From IMG/VR virus record IMGVR_UViG_3300031669_008155: DNA of 64,000 nucleotides; one strand, 5' to 3'. The translations under genes and the position numbers were made by a program. The DNA comes from a virus. Numbering within the stretch: the first letter of the stretch is position 1; the number at the start of each line of letters is the position of its first letter. This document shows, in pieces, positions 53,637 to 63,653 of the stretch. The notes under the pieces were generated by a model. That model worked only from the letters and a program-made list of their open reading frames with translations, was not told the origin of the DNA and did not search any database.

Positions 53637-54651
53637 CTTTTAACCTTTTCAAAAGATTAACAAATTCAATCATATTTTCTTCTCTACTACCTAGTTCAAT
53701 AATTTTCTTTCTTCCTCTCTTTCCAAGTTCCTCTTGGAGCTTCAAATCATTCATAAGATTTCTAGTTGCTTTGACAAATGATGTTAAATTATTTAAACAA
53801 ATCAATCCCGTTTTCATATGAGTTAAATAATCCTTCATTCCGTTCATTTCACTGTCTGTTCCAATGACAGCACACTCTGTTAAAAGAGCTTCAGCAGGAG
53901 GCATATGTAAACCCTCAAGAGAACTAGGAGCTAACCAAATATTAACACGATTATAAAATTCATTTTTTTCTTTTAATGATGGTTTCTGAATATAATGTTC
54001 CATTAAAAAACCTTTTGGTCTTGAATGAGTTCCAAACATCCAAAATTCAACATCATTTCTTTTAGTTTTTATTTCAAAAGCTGTTTGATATAACCATGAT
54101 GTTCTCTTCTCTTGATTTTTTCTATCTTCATTATACAAACCACCAATAATTATTTTTTGATTATTTTCTCGAATTCCTAAGGGTTTAAAACTATCAATAT
54201 CATATCCAGGTCTAACAATGTGGCATTTACAATTATAAAATTCAAGTTTCTTTTGAAGTCCAATACCATTAACTAATTTAATTGTTGGAGCTCCCAAAAT
54301 TTTTTTGACAATATCACGTTCAGGCATCTGCCATGTCTCCCATGCTCTCAACCAATGCAGTTTAATACCACAACTGGAAGGAGCACTAACAGTTGGACCA
54401 ACTGATTTATAACCTGTCGCAATAATAAAATCTGCATCGGGAATTCTATTACATCTCAAATGTTCAGCTTTTAAAGGAGTCCATGTATGACAATTCTTTC
54501 CACTATCAACAATATAAACCTCATGACCCAAATCAACTAATGTATTTGCTGAATTAATTATTGTGCTACTTCCACCATTATCCCCAAGTCCAACTCTTCT
54601 AAGATCGAAAGTAATCCTCATACTGATCAATTCCCTCATCAACTGTATCAC
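53623..54651 (-). CDS. GT4 glycosyltransferase (start probably 54621)
   Basis: NGGSSTI; SSLEGLHMPPAEAL; HMKTGL. Confidence 0.85.
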   Translation of the reverse strand: MIQLMRELISMRITFDLRRVGLGDNGGSSTIINSANTLVDLGHEVYIVDSGKNCHTWTPLKAEHLRCNRIPDADFIIATGYKSVGPTVSAPSSCGIKLHWLRAWETWQMPERDIVKKILGAPTIKLVNGIGLQKKLEFYNCKCHIVRPGYDIDSFKPLGIRENNQKIIIGGLYNEDRKNQEKRTSWLYQTAFEIKTKRNDVEFWMFGTHSRPKGFLMEHYIQKPSLKEKNEFYNRVNIWLAPSSLEGLHMPPAEALLTECAVIGTDSEMNGMKDYLTHMKTGLICLNNLTSFVKATRNLMNDLKLQEELGKRGRKKIIELGSREENMIEFVNLLKRLKDENI

Positions 54652-55408
54652 ATTTAATTACTACACTCTTCAATGGATTCATCAAATTTATAGCATCATT
54701 AGTAAATTTCTCTTTAACTGTTATTACACTAGTTCCACATAAAACTGCAAATTTTGCTAAATCATCATCAAAATTTGAAATAACAAATTTACACTTCTTT
54801 AAAAGTTCAATCAAACATCCTAATGTAGAAGAACTTTCAGTGCACATATATTTTATCTTCTCATAAAAACTCTCACTTGTAATCACATTATAATTTTCTA
54901 ATTCTATACTTTCATCATTTGTAACTACAATATTCGTTAAATCTTCATAAACTTTATTGATTATGTAAGAGTTTTCAGATCTTGGTTTATAATCATAATC
55001 CATATGTGCTCGTGGAAATTGCCATTTCACTTTATACATAAAACCTTCAATTCTAGGTGCATAATGATCTACTATCTTATATGTCTTCATATACTTTTTT
55101 TCTATAAAATTATAAATATGCACATATTCATCAACATAATATCCTTTAATCTTAAATCCATCCTCCTTATATATATTGTCATCTATTTTAAGAGGGACCA
55201 ATATACTTGCGTACTGCCCATATAAATCGAAACTTCTTGATCTCGTAAAAACTATTAGATGATAATTAGGAAATCTCTTTTTTAATGAGATAGCATATGG
55301 AGCAAATCTATACATCTCCCAATACAACTCACCAATAAAAGGACCAAATATAAATGCTTTTTTACTTCCCTTTACCTTTCTCTGGTTTCGGATCATTAGT
55401 TTTCTCAT
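54599..55408 (-). CDS. Putative glycosyltransferase-like protein, paralog of 55591-56517
   Basis: GPFIGELYWEMYRFAP shared with the neighbouring ORF. Confidence 0.55.
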   Translation of the reverse strand: MRKLMIRNQRKVKGSKKAFIFGPFIGELYWEMYRFAPYAISLKKRFPNYHLIVFTRSRSFDLYGQYASILVPLKIDDNIYKEDGFKIKGYYVDEYVHIYNFIEKKYMKTYKIVDHYAPRIEGFMYKVKWQFPRAHMDYDYKPRSENSYIINKVYEDLTNIVVTNDESIELENYNVITSESFYEKIKYMCTESSSTLGCLIELLKKCKFVISNFDDDLAKFAVLCGTSVITVKEKFTNDAINLMNPLKSVVIKCDTVDEGIDQYEDYFRS

Positions 55409-55598
55409 TCACTAATATAGTTAGTCTTTTAACCTCACCTTGTAATTTTGCAATCTCATATTTCATACCACTTAGCATTCCTCTAATTTCTCTAATCGGA
55501 AATTCTTCATAACTTCCGCCCATCATTTCTAATTCAATAAGATGTTTATCAATCTTCTCAATCTTTCTTAAATTCGCTTCCAAAAATGCATTATCCAT
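55362..55598 (-). CDS. Small coiled-coil protein
   Basis: AAAGGAG SD. Confidence 0.55.
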   Translation of the reverse strand: MDNAFLEANLRKIEKIDKHLIELEMMGGSYEEFPIREIRGMLSGMKYEIAKLQGEVKRLTILVNEKTNDPKPEKGKGK

Positions 55599-56517
55599 TT
55601 TTTATTTCTCCTTTTTTTCTATTTAAAATTTTCTTAAAATTTTCATATATTTTCTTTGGTTCAATATCGTATTTACAATCATCAATAAATACGATTGAAG
55701 TATTATGAACATTATACGTTTTCGTATGCAACGATTTCTGACATCCAAATTCTAACACTGGAACTTTATACAGCAAAGAAATATTTGGAATGGCACTTTG
55801 AGAACCAAATGTGAAAAATGCCTTTTCCATTATTACTAATAAAATACCAACCAAGGAAGAGCTTCCATTTAGTTTTATTTTATTCATATCCAAAAATCTA
55901 TCATACTTATCCGGTACATATTCATTAACCTTTCCACAGATTATAAAATTATAAAATTCATTTAAATCTTTATCCTCATAAAGCATATCATAAAAACTTT
56001 GCCAGTGTATCCAATTTCTTCTAAATCCAATTCTAAATCTCGGGGAAATAACCACAATAGGTTTGTCTTTTGGTAAATATGCGTCAACCAAATTATAATT
56101 ATTTTCTCTTGGAGCAAATTTGAAAACCATACGTTGTCTATCATACTGATGTTTTCTATCAAAGAATCCCTTCTTGACATTGGGATAGATATGTTCCATT
56201 ATATTATACTTAACTTCATATTTTTTTCTAAATTTTTTACTAATTTCTTCATATTCTTCAGGATTCAAACCATTTAATCTAAAACAATTTGGTTGTTTTT
56301 TACCTACATAATCTCCATCAATTCTTAAAGGAACTAAAATACTAGCAAACTTTCCATATAAATCAAACCTTTCTTCTCTAGTATAAATAATATATTTAAC
56401 ATTTCTTTTTTTATATTTTTTAGATCTCATAAAAGGAAGCATTGGTGCAAATCTACCACATTCCCAATAAAGCTCTCCAACGAAAGGTCCCATAAGAACA
56501 GCATCTTCTTTCTTCAT
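55591..56517 (-). CDS. Putative GT-B/GT9-like protein
   Basis: GPFVGELYWECGRFAP; GSQSAIPNISLLYKVP resembles the GT9 C-terminal motif. Confidence 0.55.
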   Translation of the reverse strand: MKKEDAVLMGPFVGELYWECGRFAPMLPFMRSKKYKKRNVKYIIYTREERFDLYGKFASILVPLRIDGDYVGKKQPNCFRLNGLNPEEYEEISKKFRKKYEVKYNIMEHIYPNVKKGFFDRKHQYDRQRMVFKFAPRENNYNLVDAYLPKDKPIVVISPRFRIGFRRNWIHWQSFYDMLYEDKDLNEFYNFIICGKVNEYVPDKYDRFLDMNKIKLNGSSSLVGILLVIMEKAFFTFGSQSAIPNISLLYKVPVLEFGCQKSLHTKTYNVHNTSIVFIDDCKYDIEPKKIYENFKKILNRKKGEIKNG

Positions 56518-56518
56518 A

Positions 56519-57352
56519 TTACCAATCCTTGTTCATAGATTGATCATTAGAAACCTTTTCATAGAAATCTTTAAATGTAAAGCTTTCAATATTCTTTTCA
56601 GCTTCTACAAATTGAATTAATTTTTCCCTTTTTGGATCATTTTTATGACTCGTTAATTTATTACAAACAGACCCCGCCATCTTTCCACAATGAACTCCTA
56701 ATTTAACACCTATGCCCATTATGTAAGGTTTGTTTTCATTTTTTTGTTGCATAAGTTTCCAATAGTGTTGATCGTGCTTTTTATCTTGCTTCACTAATGG
56801 TCCCAATGCAAGAGTTCCAACATCTGAAAAAAAATTATTTCTCATACTCCAAAGACCCGAACCTCCCAAGTGACCAACTTTTGCATCAACTCCATTAATT
56901 TTAATATTATCAGAAATTTGTTTAATTCCTCCAGGTAGCTGTCCAATAACTTTAATATGTTTCATTTTATTTTCTTTAACATAATTCCATGCCAACTTAA
57001 GATTTTTATCCCATTCTGGAGCAACAATAATATCATTATCTAAACATACTAAAAAATCATACTTGTGTTTTATAGGATCCTCTTCATGCTGTCTACCAAA
57101 GAAATTAAATGCTGACGCTTTACTAAAAGCATTGAATGTTGAATCTTTTGTTGTAAATGTAATCTGCGCAATTTTACCTGCAATATACTGCTCACAAAAA
57201 TAAGCAAAGTGTTTAGCTACCATATAATTAGTGCTATTATCATAAACATATATTTGGTGTGGTATTGTTGAATGCCTTCTTAATCCTTCAAGACACTTCT
57301 TTGTTATCTCTAATCTATTTCTTACCGAAATAAATATCTTAATCATTAGCAA
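56519..57352 (-). CDS. GT2-like glycosyltransferase
   Basis: IYVYDN.T; LDNDIIV. Confidence 0.75.
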   Translation of the reverse strand: MLMIKIFISVRNRLEITKKCLEGLRRHSTIPHQIYVYDNSTNYMVAKHFAYFCEQYIAGKIAQITFTTKDSTFNAFSKASAFNFFGRQHEEDPIKHKYDFLVCLDNDIIVAPEWDKNLKLAWNYVKENKMKHIKVIGQLPGGIKQISDNIKINGVDAKVGHLGGSGLWSMRNNFFSDVGTLALGPLVKQDKKHDQHYWKLMQQKNENKPYIMGIGVKLGVHCGKMAGSVCNKLTSHKNDPKREKLIQFVEAEKNIESFTFKDFYEKVSNDQSMNKDW

Positions 57353-58643
57353 TTAACTCCTCAATTTTTTCAACTGCTAGATCCTTATCTATTTGATCGT
57401 AACAGGGACTTGCACCATCTGATCCTGCTTTTGGACAAGGATTATGACCATGAAGAAAACAAGGAGAACAAGGCAAAACACCATCAACCCAACCTGCTTT
57501 AGGATATGTTTTTAATCTAATAAAACCTGGGAATGGACCATATATACCATAACAAGGAATATTCATTGATGCTGCAATGTGATTTAATGCTGAATCGGTT
57601 GCTACAGCACATTTTGATAAATAAGTTAGAGCAATTGTATAATCTAGAGTTTTTGAAAATTTTGAAAAGTTATAAACCTTACTTCTATCACAACTTAAAT
57701 AATCCTGTATGAAATTATCCATCTGTTCTTCTTGTCTCTTCGTATCAGTTAAAACAACATTATGCCCTTTATCTACTAATTTATTAATTAATTCTCCAAA
57801 AAACTCTGGTCGAGGTGTACGTATTGGAGAACTAGCTCGAACTTGCATAATAATAAAATTCTTTTCTTCCAATTCCCAACCACCAAGAACATCTTTAACC
57901 TCATCAACAATATGCCATTTTGGTTCTTGCTCAGGAATTAATAATTTATCATCCAAGTCCAAACCAATCCATCTAGAAAAAAGATTATATGCATTTTGGT
58001 GTTGAGCTAACTTACATCTTTCAATAACACCTTCAAATAAAACATGATAATCAGAATCTAATAATAATCTTAATTGATAAGGTAGCTCAAGTAACTCATC
58101 AATACAATCCCAATTTTCAACCATCGCTTTATATTGCGGACCACAGGCAAATCTAATATAACAATTTGGATATTTTTCTTTTAGATATTTAAGATTTGGT
58201 TGAATAAATAAAAGATCTCCAATGCCACCTGTCCTAGAAACTAAAATTGACTTTCCATCCAATTCCTCTCCAGCATATGGACGATACACTCTTGAAAATT
58301 CAGGTTTGGTAGGTTTTAGAAGTGCTTTGCCACCTTTTTCTGGTTTGTGTAATTGCTGATAAACCCCTAATCCCATAACATACTTATTACCTTTTTTAAG
58401 AACCTGCTCCTTAAAAAAGTTTTGAACAAATGAAACTCTAGTTCTAGCTTCTGCAACAATAATATTTGGAGGACTCTTTCTCAATTCATCAAAATCAGCA
58501 ACCATTTTAATATCTGCTGATTTCAAACCAAGTTCACGCATTTTTGATTTTGATACCTTTCGAAACTTTTTCATTTTTGGAAGATCGCTATACCAATACC
58601 CAAGATTACTTTCTGAATTCTCACCATTCAATTCAATAGACAT
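57339..58643 (-). CDS. GT9 (heptosyltransferase-like) glycosyltransferase
   Basis: RTGGIGDLL, ATDSALNHIAA...PCYGIYGP, PCSPC. Confidence 0.85.
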   Translation of the reverse strand: MSIELNGENSESNLGYWYSDLPKMKKFRKVSKSKMRELGLKSADIKMVADFDELRKSPPNIIVAEARTRVSFVQNFFKEQVLKKGNKYVMGLGVYQQLHKPEKGGKALLKPTKPEFSRVYRPYAGEELDGKSILVSRTGGIGDLLFIQPNLKYLKEKYPNCYIRFACGPQYKAMVENWDCIDELLELPYQLRLLLDSDYHVLFEGVIERCKLAQHQNAYNLFSRWIGLDLDDKLLIPEQEPKWHIVDEVKDVLGGWELEEKNFIIMQVRASSPIRTPRPEFFGELINKLVDKGHNVVLTDTKRQEEQMDNFIQDYLSCDRSKVYNFSKFSKTLDYTIALTYLSKCAVATDSALNHIAASMNIPCYGIYGPFPGFIRLKTYPKAGWVDGVLPCSPCFLHGHNPCPKAGSDGASPCYDQIDKDLAVEKIEELIAND

Positions 58644-58664
58644 TATTCACTTCCTTTCTTGTAT

Positions 58665-59255
58665 TTATTTTTTCAACTCATTATCTAATTCTACACTTGC
58701 AATTGCTTTATAAATTAAAGCTTTTTCTGAAATAACTTCATCATATGCATTCTCAATAAGATACTTTACACTAAATTCTCTACCTTCAAGTTGATTTCTA
58801 TCTTCTTCTTCACATCCTAATTCATCTTCAATATTACTCAAAAGCTCATCAGCATCTTCATCTGGAACATGATCTATAGCATTAAAGACTTCAGCTACTC
58901 CTTTTTTACCTTTCCAACCTTTACTAACTGCAGCAAAAAATTGTTTTTTCTTTTCTCCTTCTAACTCATTTGGAGAATTAACACCAAATTTTTGTAGCAT
59001 TCCTTTAAAATATTCTTGATATCCACTTTCTTCTCTTATATTATATTTTTCACTCATATCTAAAATAATATCAACCATGTCCATAGCTGATTCAATAAGT
59101 TTAACTTTACCATATCTTCCATCTAAAATATCGTCAACTAATGTATCTGAATCGCTCATAATTTTTTGCTCCTTAGTTGGAACTCCCATAGGACCCTGAC
59201 CTTTTCCTCTGCCTTGACTTTTTTGTTCTCCCTCCGGGATACATTTTTTTCTCAT
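58665..59255 (-). CDS. Acidic hypothetical protein, possibly head-associated
   Basis: YQEYFKGMLQKFGVNSPNEL...KKKQFF helical motif. Confidence 0.6.
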   Translation of the reverse strand: MRKKCIPEGEQKSQGRGKGQGPMGVPTKEQKIMSDSDTLVDDILDGRYGKVKLIESAMDMVDIILDMSEKYNIREESGYQEYFKGMLQKFGVNSPNELEGEKKKQFFAAVSKGWKGKKGVAEVFNAIDHVPDEDADELLSNIEDELGCEEEDRNQLEGREFSVKYLIENAYDEVISEKALIYKAIASVELDNELKK

Positions 59256-59298
59256 TGGTCAATAAACCATCCCTTCTGGACATTTTGGATCTGCCATT

Positions 59299-59697
59299 TT
59301 ATTCTCCTCCAGTGCCAGTACGCCTACGATAAGCGGCAACTTTTCTTGTTATTTGTGATATTCTATTACGTATTTCTAATCGTTTTTTTCTATATGAGTC
59401 AACAGCTGCATTGATTCCCTTTGAACATAATTTTGGATTACTTGCTTCCACACATTGACTTCTTAATGTAATAATTCTTGCCAGAGCTTTATCAATAGCA
59501 CCCATATGACAAGTTTCTTTACATAAATCTCTTACATATTTATTTTCTTCTCTCACACATCTAGAATCATAACAATCAGTCCAATCCAAATTTTTTTGTC
59601 CTTTAATTCTAGCAATAGCTAATGTGGAACTGAATTCCTCTGATAAAAGCTCCAGCTTTTCATCTACAAGAACTTCAGCGTCATATAATTTAGACAT
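59299..59697 (-). CDS. Cys-rich helical protein
   Basis: SQCVEASNPKLC motif shared with 59708 and 62796. Confidence 0.6.
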   Translation of the reverse strand: MSKLYDAEVLVDEKLELLSEEFSSTLAIARIKGQKNLDWTDCYDSRCVREENKYVRDLCKETCHMGAIDKALARIITLRSQCVEASNPKLCSKGINAAVDSYRKKRLEIRNRISQITRKVAAYRRRTGTGGE

Positions 59698-59707
59698 TAT
59701 ATTTTCC

Positions 59708-60382
59708 TCAATCTTGTATATAATTTAAATATTTTAAAATCTCTTCTTCTTTTAACTTACTTTTATATTTTTTTATCTTCGCTTTAAGTTTATTTATTTT
59801 AGAATCCATTTTCTGAATACATTGTTTAGGATTTTTTGTTTCTTTACAATCTTTTTTCTTATTTTGAATTGCAGAAATATAATGTTCAGCAGCTTTTGAT
59901 TTAAAACTATTTATACAATTTTCTTTATCATTGCCACTTCTTCCTTTACACGCTTTAGCTGCTTGAGAAAAGAATTTTTTATAAGCAACAATTCCTACTG
60001 CAACAGCAGAACCAACAAGCAAAGCGACTCCAATTCCGATAGCAATATTTTGATCTAACCCCAAAATTTTATCAGCAGATGTTGTTTTTGAATGTGACCC
60101 TAATGGTATTTTATCTGCATCTTGCCATTTTTCATATGCTCCTCTTGACTTAAAATATTTGCTTTGAGCTGTTCGTCTGGCGTCCTTAATTTTTTCATAG
60201 TTATCTTTCACAAATTTTATTACATTCTCATCACCAGTTTTTCTAGCATCTTGTAATACATGAGCTGTATTTCTTTCCTCTCTTTTTAAACTAATAAAAT
60301 ATCTAAAAAGACCATTTAATTTCTTTTCAGCTTCTGGATCATAACGACTCTCTAATATATATTCAGTGATTGGATCTATCAT
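59708..60382 (-). CDS. TM plus 4-Cys helical domain protein
   Basis: TM segment then ACKG....KENCI...DCKETKNPKQCIQKMD.KI. Confidence 0.65.
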   Translation of the reverse strand: MIDPITEYILESRYDPEAEKKLNGLFRYFISLKREERNTAHVLQDARKTGDENVIKFVKDNYEKIKDARRTAQSKYFKSRGAYEKWQDADKIPLGSHSKTTSADKILGLDQNIAIGIGVALLVGSAVAVGIVAYKKFFSQAAKACKGRSGNDKENCINSFKSKAAEHYISAIQNKKKDCKETKNPKQCIQKMDSKINKLKAKIKKYKSKLKEEEILKYLNYIQD

Positions 60383-60395
60383 TATTTAGTTCTCC

Positions 60396-61412
60396 CTATT
60401 TTCCCATTCCTTTAACATCTGCAATAGTTCTAATAAGTAAACCATTGGCAACAGCAGTCAAAGGGTTTTTAGCTCGTCGAATCTCTGATACTTCAAATGG
60501 TAATTCTTTCTGCATAATTATTTGTCTAAATAAAGTTACAAATCCCTCTGGTAAAGAAGTTCCACCTGAAATTACAATTGGAATAGCATCATCCAATTCA
60601 ATATCAGCTTTATCATTAAATTCTTTTATTATTTTTTTAATTGTATATTCAATCAATGCTTTATGATAATAAAATAAAGCTTCTAACATTCTTTTATCTT
60701 TTTTATTTTTAATGTTGACTTCGCCCTTTAACTTCATATACTTTTCTTTTTTATTAGTAACTCTATTTACAACTACACCCATATCAGCAGCTACTTGTTC
60801 ATCAATCCAATCTCCAGCTCTAGCTGTTGAAAATTTCAATACTTCAATACCTTTATAAGCTATTGCAGCATTTGCCATACCAGCACCAAAACTAATACCA
60901 ATTCCACTAAATTTTTCCTTTGCACACTCTGAAAATATAATTGCCATAGCTTCATTTACAGATGTATGGTTAACACCCAAACTATTTAAAATTCTTGCAA
61001 ATACACCTTCGTGATAAGTTATAGAACGTTCATTGTCAATGGACTCTGCTGGAATTGAATATGAACAATACATATCTTTATCTTTTGTTTCACCAATCAA
61101 ATCTTTAATAATCAATGTTAAAACATCAATAGCATTAATTTCCTTGGATGAAATAAGACCCTTTTCCATAGGTCTTGAAACTTTTTGACCTAACATATTT
61201 GCTAACTCAAAAGCATGAGATCCAATCACATAAGTTTCACCTTCACTACTTTCAACATAACTTATATCAGCAATATCTGGAATATCATCTTTATCTACTT
61301 CTAAAAATACATTTCTTGTCATTCTTATATCATCTGAATCAGATCTAGCACAAACAATATTCATCGTACCAACATCGAGACCTATACAAGAAACCTTTGA
61401 TTTCTCGCTCAT
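60396..61412 (-). CDS. Actin-fold ATPase (MreB/ParM/FtsA superfamily)
   Basis: GLDVGTMNI (phosphate 1), VNEAMA (connect 1), SFGAG (phosphate 2), VISGGTS (adenosine), NPLTAVANG (connect 2). Confidence 0.8.
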   Translation of the reverse strand: MSEKSKVSCIGLDVGTMNIVCARSDSDDIRMTRNVFLEVDKDDIPDIADISYVESSEGETYVIGSHAFELANMLGQKVSRPMEKGLISSKEINAIDVLTLIIKDLIGETKDKDMYCSYSIPAESIDNERSITYHEGVFARILNSLGVNHTSVNEAMAIIFSECAKEKFSGIGISFGAGMANAAIAYKGIEVLKFSTARAGDWIDEQVAADMGVVVNRVTNKKEKYMKLKGEVNIKNKKDKRMLEALFYYHKALIEYTIKKIIKEFNDKADIELDDAIPIVISGGTSLPEGFVTLFRQIIMQKELPFEVSEIRRAKNPLTAVANGLLIRTIADVKGMGK

Positions 61413-61999
61413 TTACGTCCTCCCAATAATTTTGATAATGATTTTGCAGCATTATCAATTTCTTCTTTTTGATCTTGTTTTAAAGATCTAACAGAAGATG
61501 ATTTCAATTTTAAACTATCAATATCAACTTCTGGAATAAAGGCAATATCATCTTCATCATCTCTTTCTTTAATTTTTTGATAAATTAATCCATTACCTTT
61601 TTGTTTCTTTAAGATTTCTTGTGACATTCGTTCGAGTTGATTTAGCTTTTCAGTAATTTGTTCTTTATTTGAATTTTCATTTCCTTTTACTTCTCGATGA
61701 AATAGCATCGAGATCATCTTTTCTAATTTATCAAATCGACTTTCAATCTGCTTTCTATATGGATCAATCTTTTTTTTCTTCTTTTTCTCTGGTGCAAAAT
61801 CTTTTTCTCTATAAACTTCTCTATGACCTTTTTCATTTACAGCAACTATTTCATATTGACTTATTCCACACACTTGCAAATGACCAATAACTGTTCTTAT
61901 TTCAATTCTCGAAACATCAATATCAGCGGGTGTTCTAAAAGGAGCTACACCTGGAATTTCAATCAAGTGACCCTTTTCCATAACTCTTAAAGTTATCAC
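61409..61999 (-). CDS. Hypothetical protein
   Basis: Coupled operon ORF. Confidence 0.65.
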   Translation of the reverse strand: MITLRVMEKGHLIEIPGVAPFRTPADIDVSRIEIRTVIGHLQVCGISQYEIVAVNEKGHREVYREKDFAPEKKKKKKIDPYRKQIESRFDKLEKMISMLFHREVKGNENSNKEQITEKLNQLERMSQEILKKQKGNGLIYQKIKERDDEDDIAFIPEVDIDSLKLKSSSVRSLKQDQKEEIDNAAKSLSKLLGGRK

Positions 62000-62787
62000 C
62001 TTAATTTTACCTTTGGAATTTTTCTCTTAAAATCGTTAATCATTCCTTTATATTTTATATCATCTTTTCTATACTTATGGTATGCTGTATATACAATCGC
62101 CAATGTTAAATTATATGCTGACTTTCCTAACCATGGAATAGATAAACCAAAAGCAGCTCCAGTTCCAAATAAAGTTATTAGCATCAATCCCTCAGGACTA
62201 GCAAACAATGTAACAAGAGAGTAACTTCCAACTAATGCTAATCCAATATCTGTAAAATTAAAATCATAATCTAAGTCACCAATAAAAGTCATATTCAACC
62301 AAAGATATAAAAGAAGACCAGCAATAACAACACCAGTAATTTTTTTAAGTATAGGATATTTATTTAAAACTTCATCAACCTTCATTACACCAGCTTCTAA
62401 TTTTTGAAATACTCTAGTTTTATGAATTTCCTTAAAAACTTGTAACAAACCACCTCTTATTAATTTTGTAACCTCTCCAATACTTTTAAATATTAACTTA
62501 ATATTGAATTTAAAAGCTTTAAACATACTATAAATATCTTTTTGTTTAAATGCGGAAACTAGTTCTGGAACTCCTATTTTAAAATCTTTTGCAATCTTAC
62601 CAAGATTATATTTTAAATCACCAAATAGTCTCACAAGTTCCCTTGATAAACTCATCTGTTTTATTCTATCAAAGAAACCTTCTGTTAACTGATTTGACAT
62701 TACGAGATCGAACGCTTCACAATAAATCTCATAAGTTATAAAATCAAAATCTGTTTGAAGATATTCTAGATATGCTTCTGTTTCCAT
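61996..62787 (-). CDS. Membrane protein
   Basis: C-terminal hydrophobic helices. Confidence 0.65.
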   Translation of the reverse strand: METEAYLEYLQTDFDFITYEIYCEAFDLVMSNQLTEGFFDRIKQMSLSRELVRLFGDLKYNLGKIAKDFKIGVPELVSAFKQKDIYSMFKAFKFNIKLIFKSIGEVTKLIRGGLLQVFKEIHKTRVFQKLEAGVMKVDEVLNKYPILKKITGVVIAGLLLYLWLNMTFIGDLDYDFNFTDIGLALVGSYSLVTLFASPEGLMLITLFGTGAAFGLSIPWLGKSAYNLTLAIVYTAYHKYRKDDIKYKGMINDFKRKIPKVKLR

Positions 62788-62795
62788 GTTGATCC

Positions 62796-63653
62796 TTATT
62801 TCATCTTTGACTTAACTTTTGAAATTTTTTCATCTAATTTGTCACTACACTTTTGTGGATTTGGTGTTTTAACACAATAACTTTTAGCTTTTTGTAACAT
62901 CTCAATCTGTTTTTTTCTACCAGCATTTTTAAATTTTTCAATGCATTTTGTTTTAGCTTCTCCTTTACTACTCTTACAAGCATCAACTGCACCACTTGCT
63001 TTACTTCTATATGCTGAAAATGCTCCAGCTACTGCCCAAGCTAATAGAACTCCTAATGCTATAGCAGTACGATTACTTATCTGATAATCTGTAGTTGCAC
63101 TACTATATACTGTAACCCATTCTTTTAGATTTTCTAAATGTTCATCTACAACATCATTATCTGAAAAATTATTATCTGGATCCATTGTAATTGACCTCCC
63201 TATATTTAAAGCTTTCTCAATTATTTTTCTTTGATCAGGCATGACCAACATACCAGCTTGTCCCACTTCCAAAATAAATTTATAATCACTATGCTCTTTT
63301 GATAGTCTAATTTTTTGATCTGGATTCAACATTCGACATAAAAAATTATAGCAGGTAGTTTGTCTTTCCCCTCTATCAGCTAAATAAGTAAATTTATCAA
63401 TGTATTTAATAGGAGTTACATCTAAACCAGTTTCTTCCTTAACTTCTCTTTTTAAACATTTGATTATATCTTCACCAACAGGTTTATCACATTTTCCGCG
63501 AGGAAATTCCCAATGAAGTGGCCAATGATCATCTGCAGATCTCTGTATCAATAATATCATTGTCTCACCATTTTCGCCTTCCTTCATTACAATTCCAGCA
63601 GCTGCTTTCATAAATACTTTTGGTTTATCACTTATCATCTTCCTTTTCCTCAT
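62796..63653 (-). CDS. NUDIX hydrolase fused to TM plus 4-Cys helical domain
   Basis: WEFPRGKCD...GED...CLKREVKEETG; C-terminal domain paralogous to 59708-60382. Confidence 0.85.
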   Translation of the reverse strand: MRKRKMISDKPKVFMKAAAGIVMKEGENGETMILLIQRSADDHWPLHWEFPRGKCDKPVGEDIIKCLKREVKEETGLDVTPIKYIDKFTYLADRGERQTTCYNFLCRMLNPDQKIRLSKEHSDYKFILEVGQAGMLVMPDQRKIIEKALNIGRSITMDPDNNFSDNDVVDEHLENLKEWVTVYSSATTDYQISNRTAIALGVLLAWAVAGAFSAYRSKASGAVDACKSSKGEAKTKCIEKFKNAGRKKQIEMLQKAKSYCVKTPNPQKCSDKLDEKISKVKSKMK

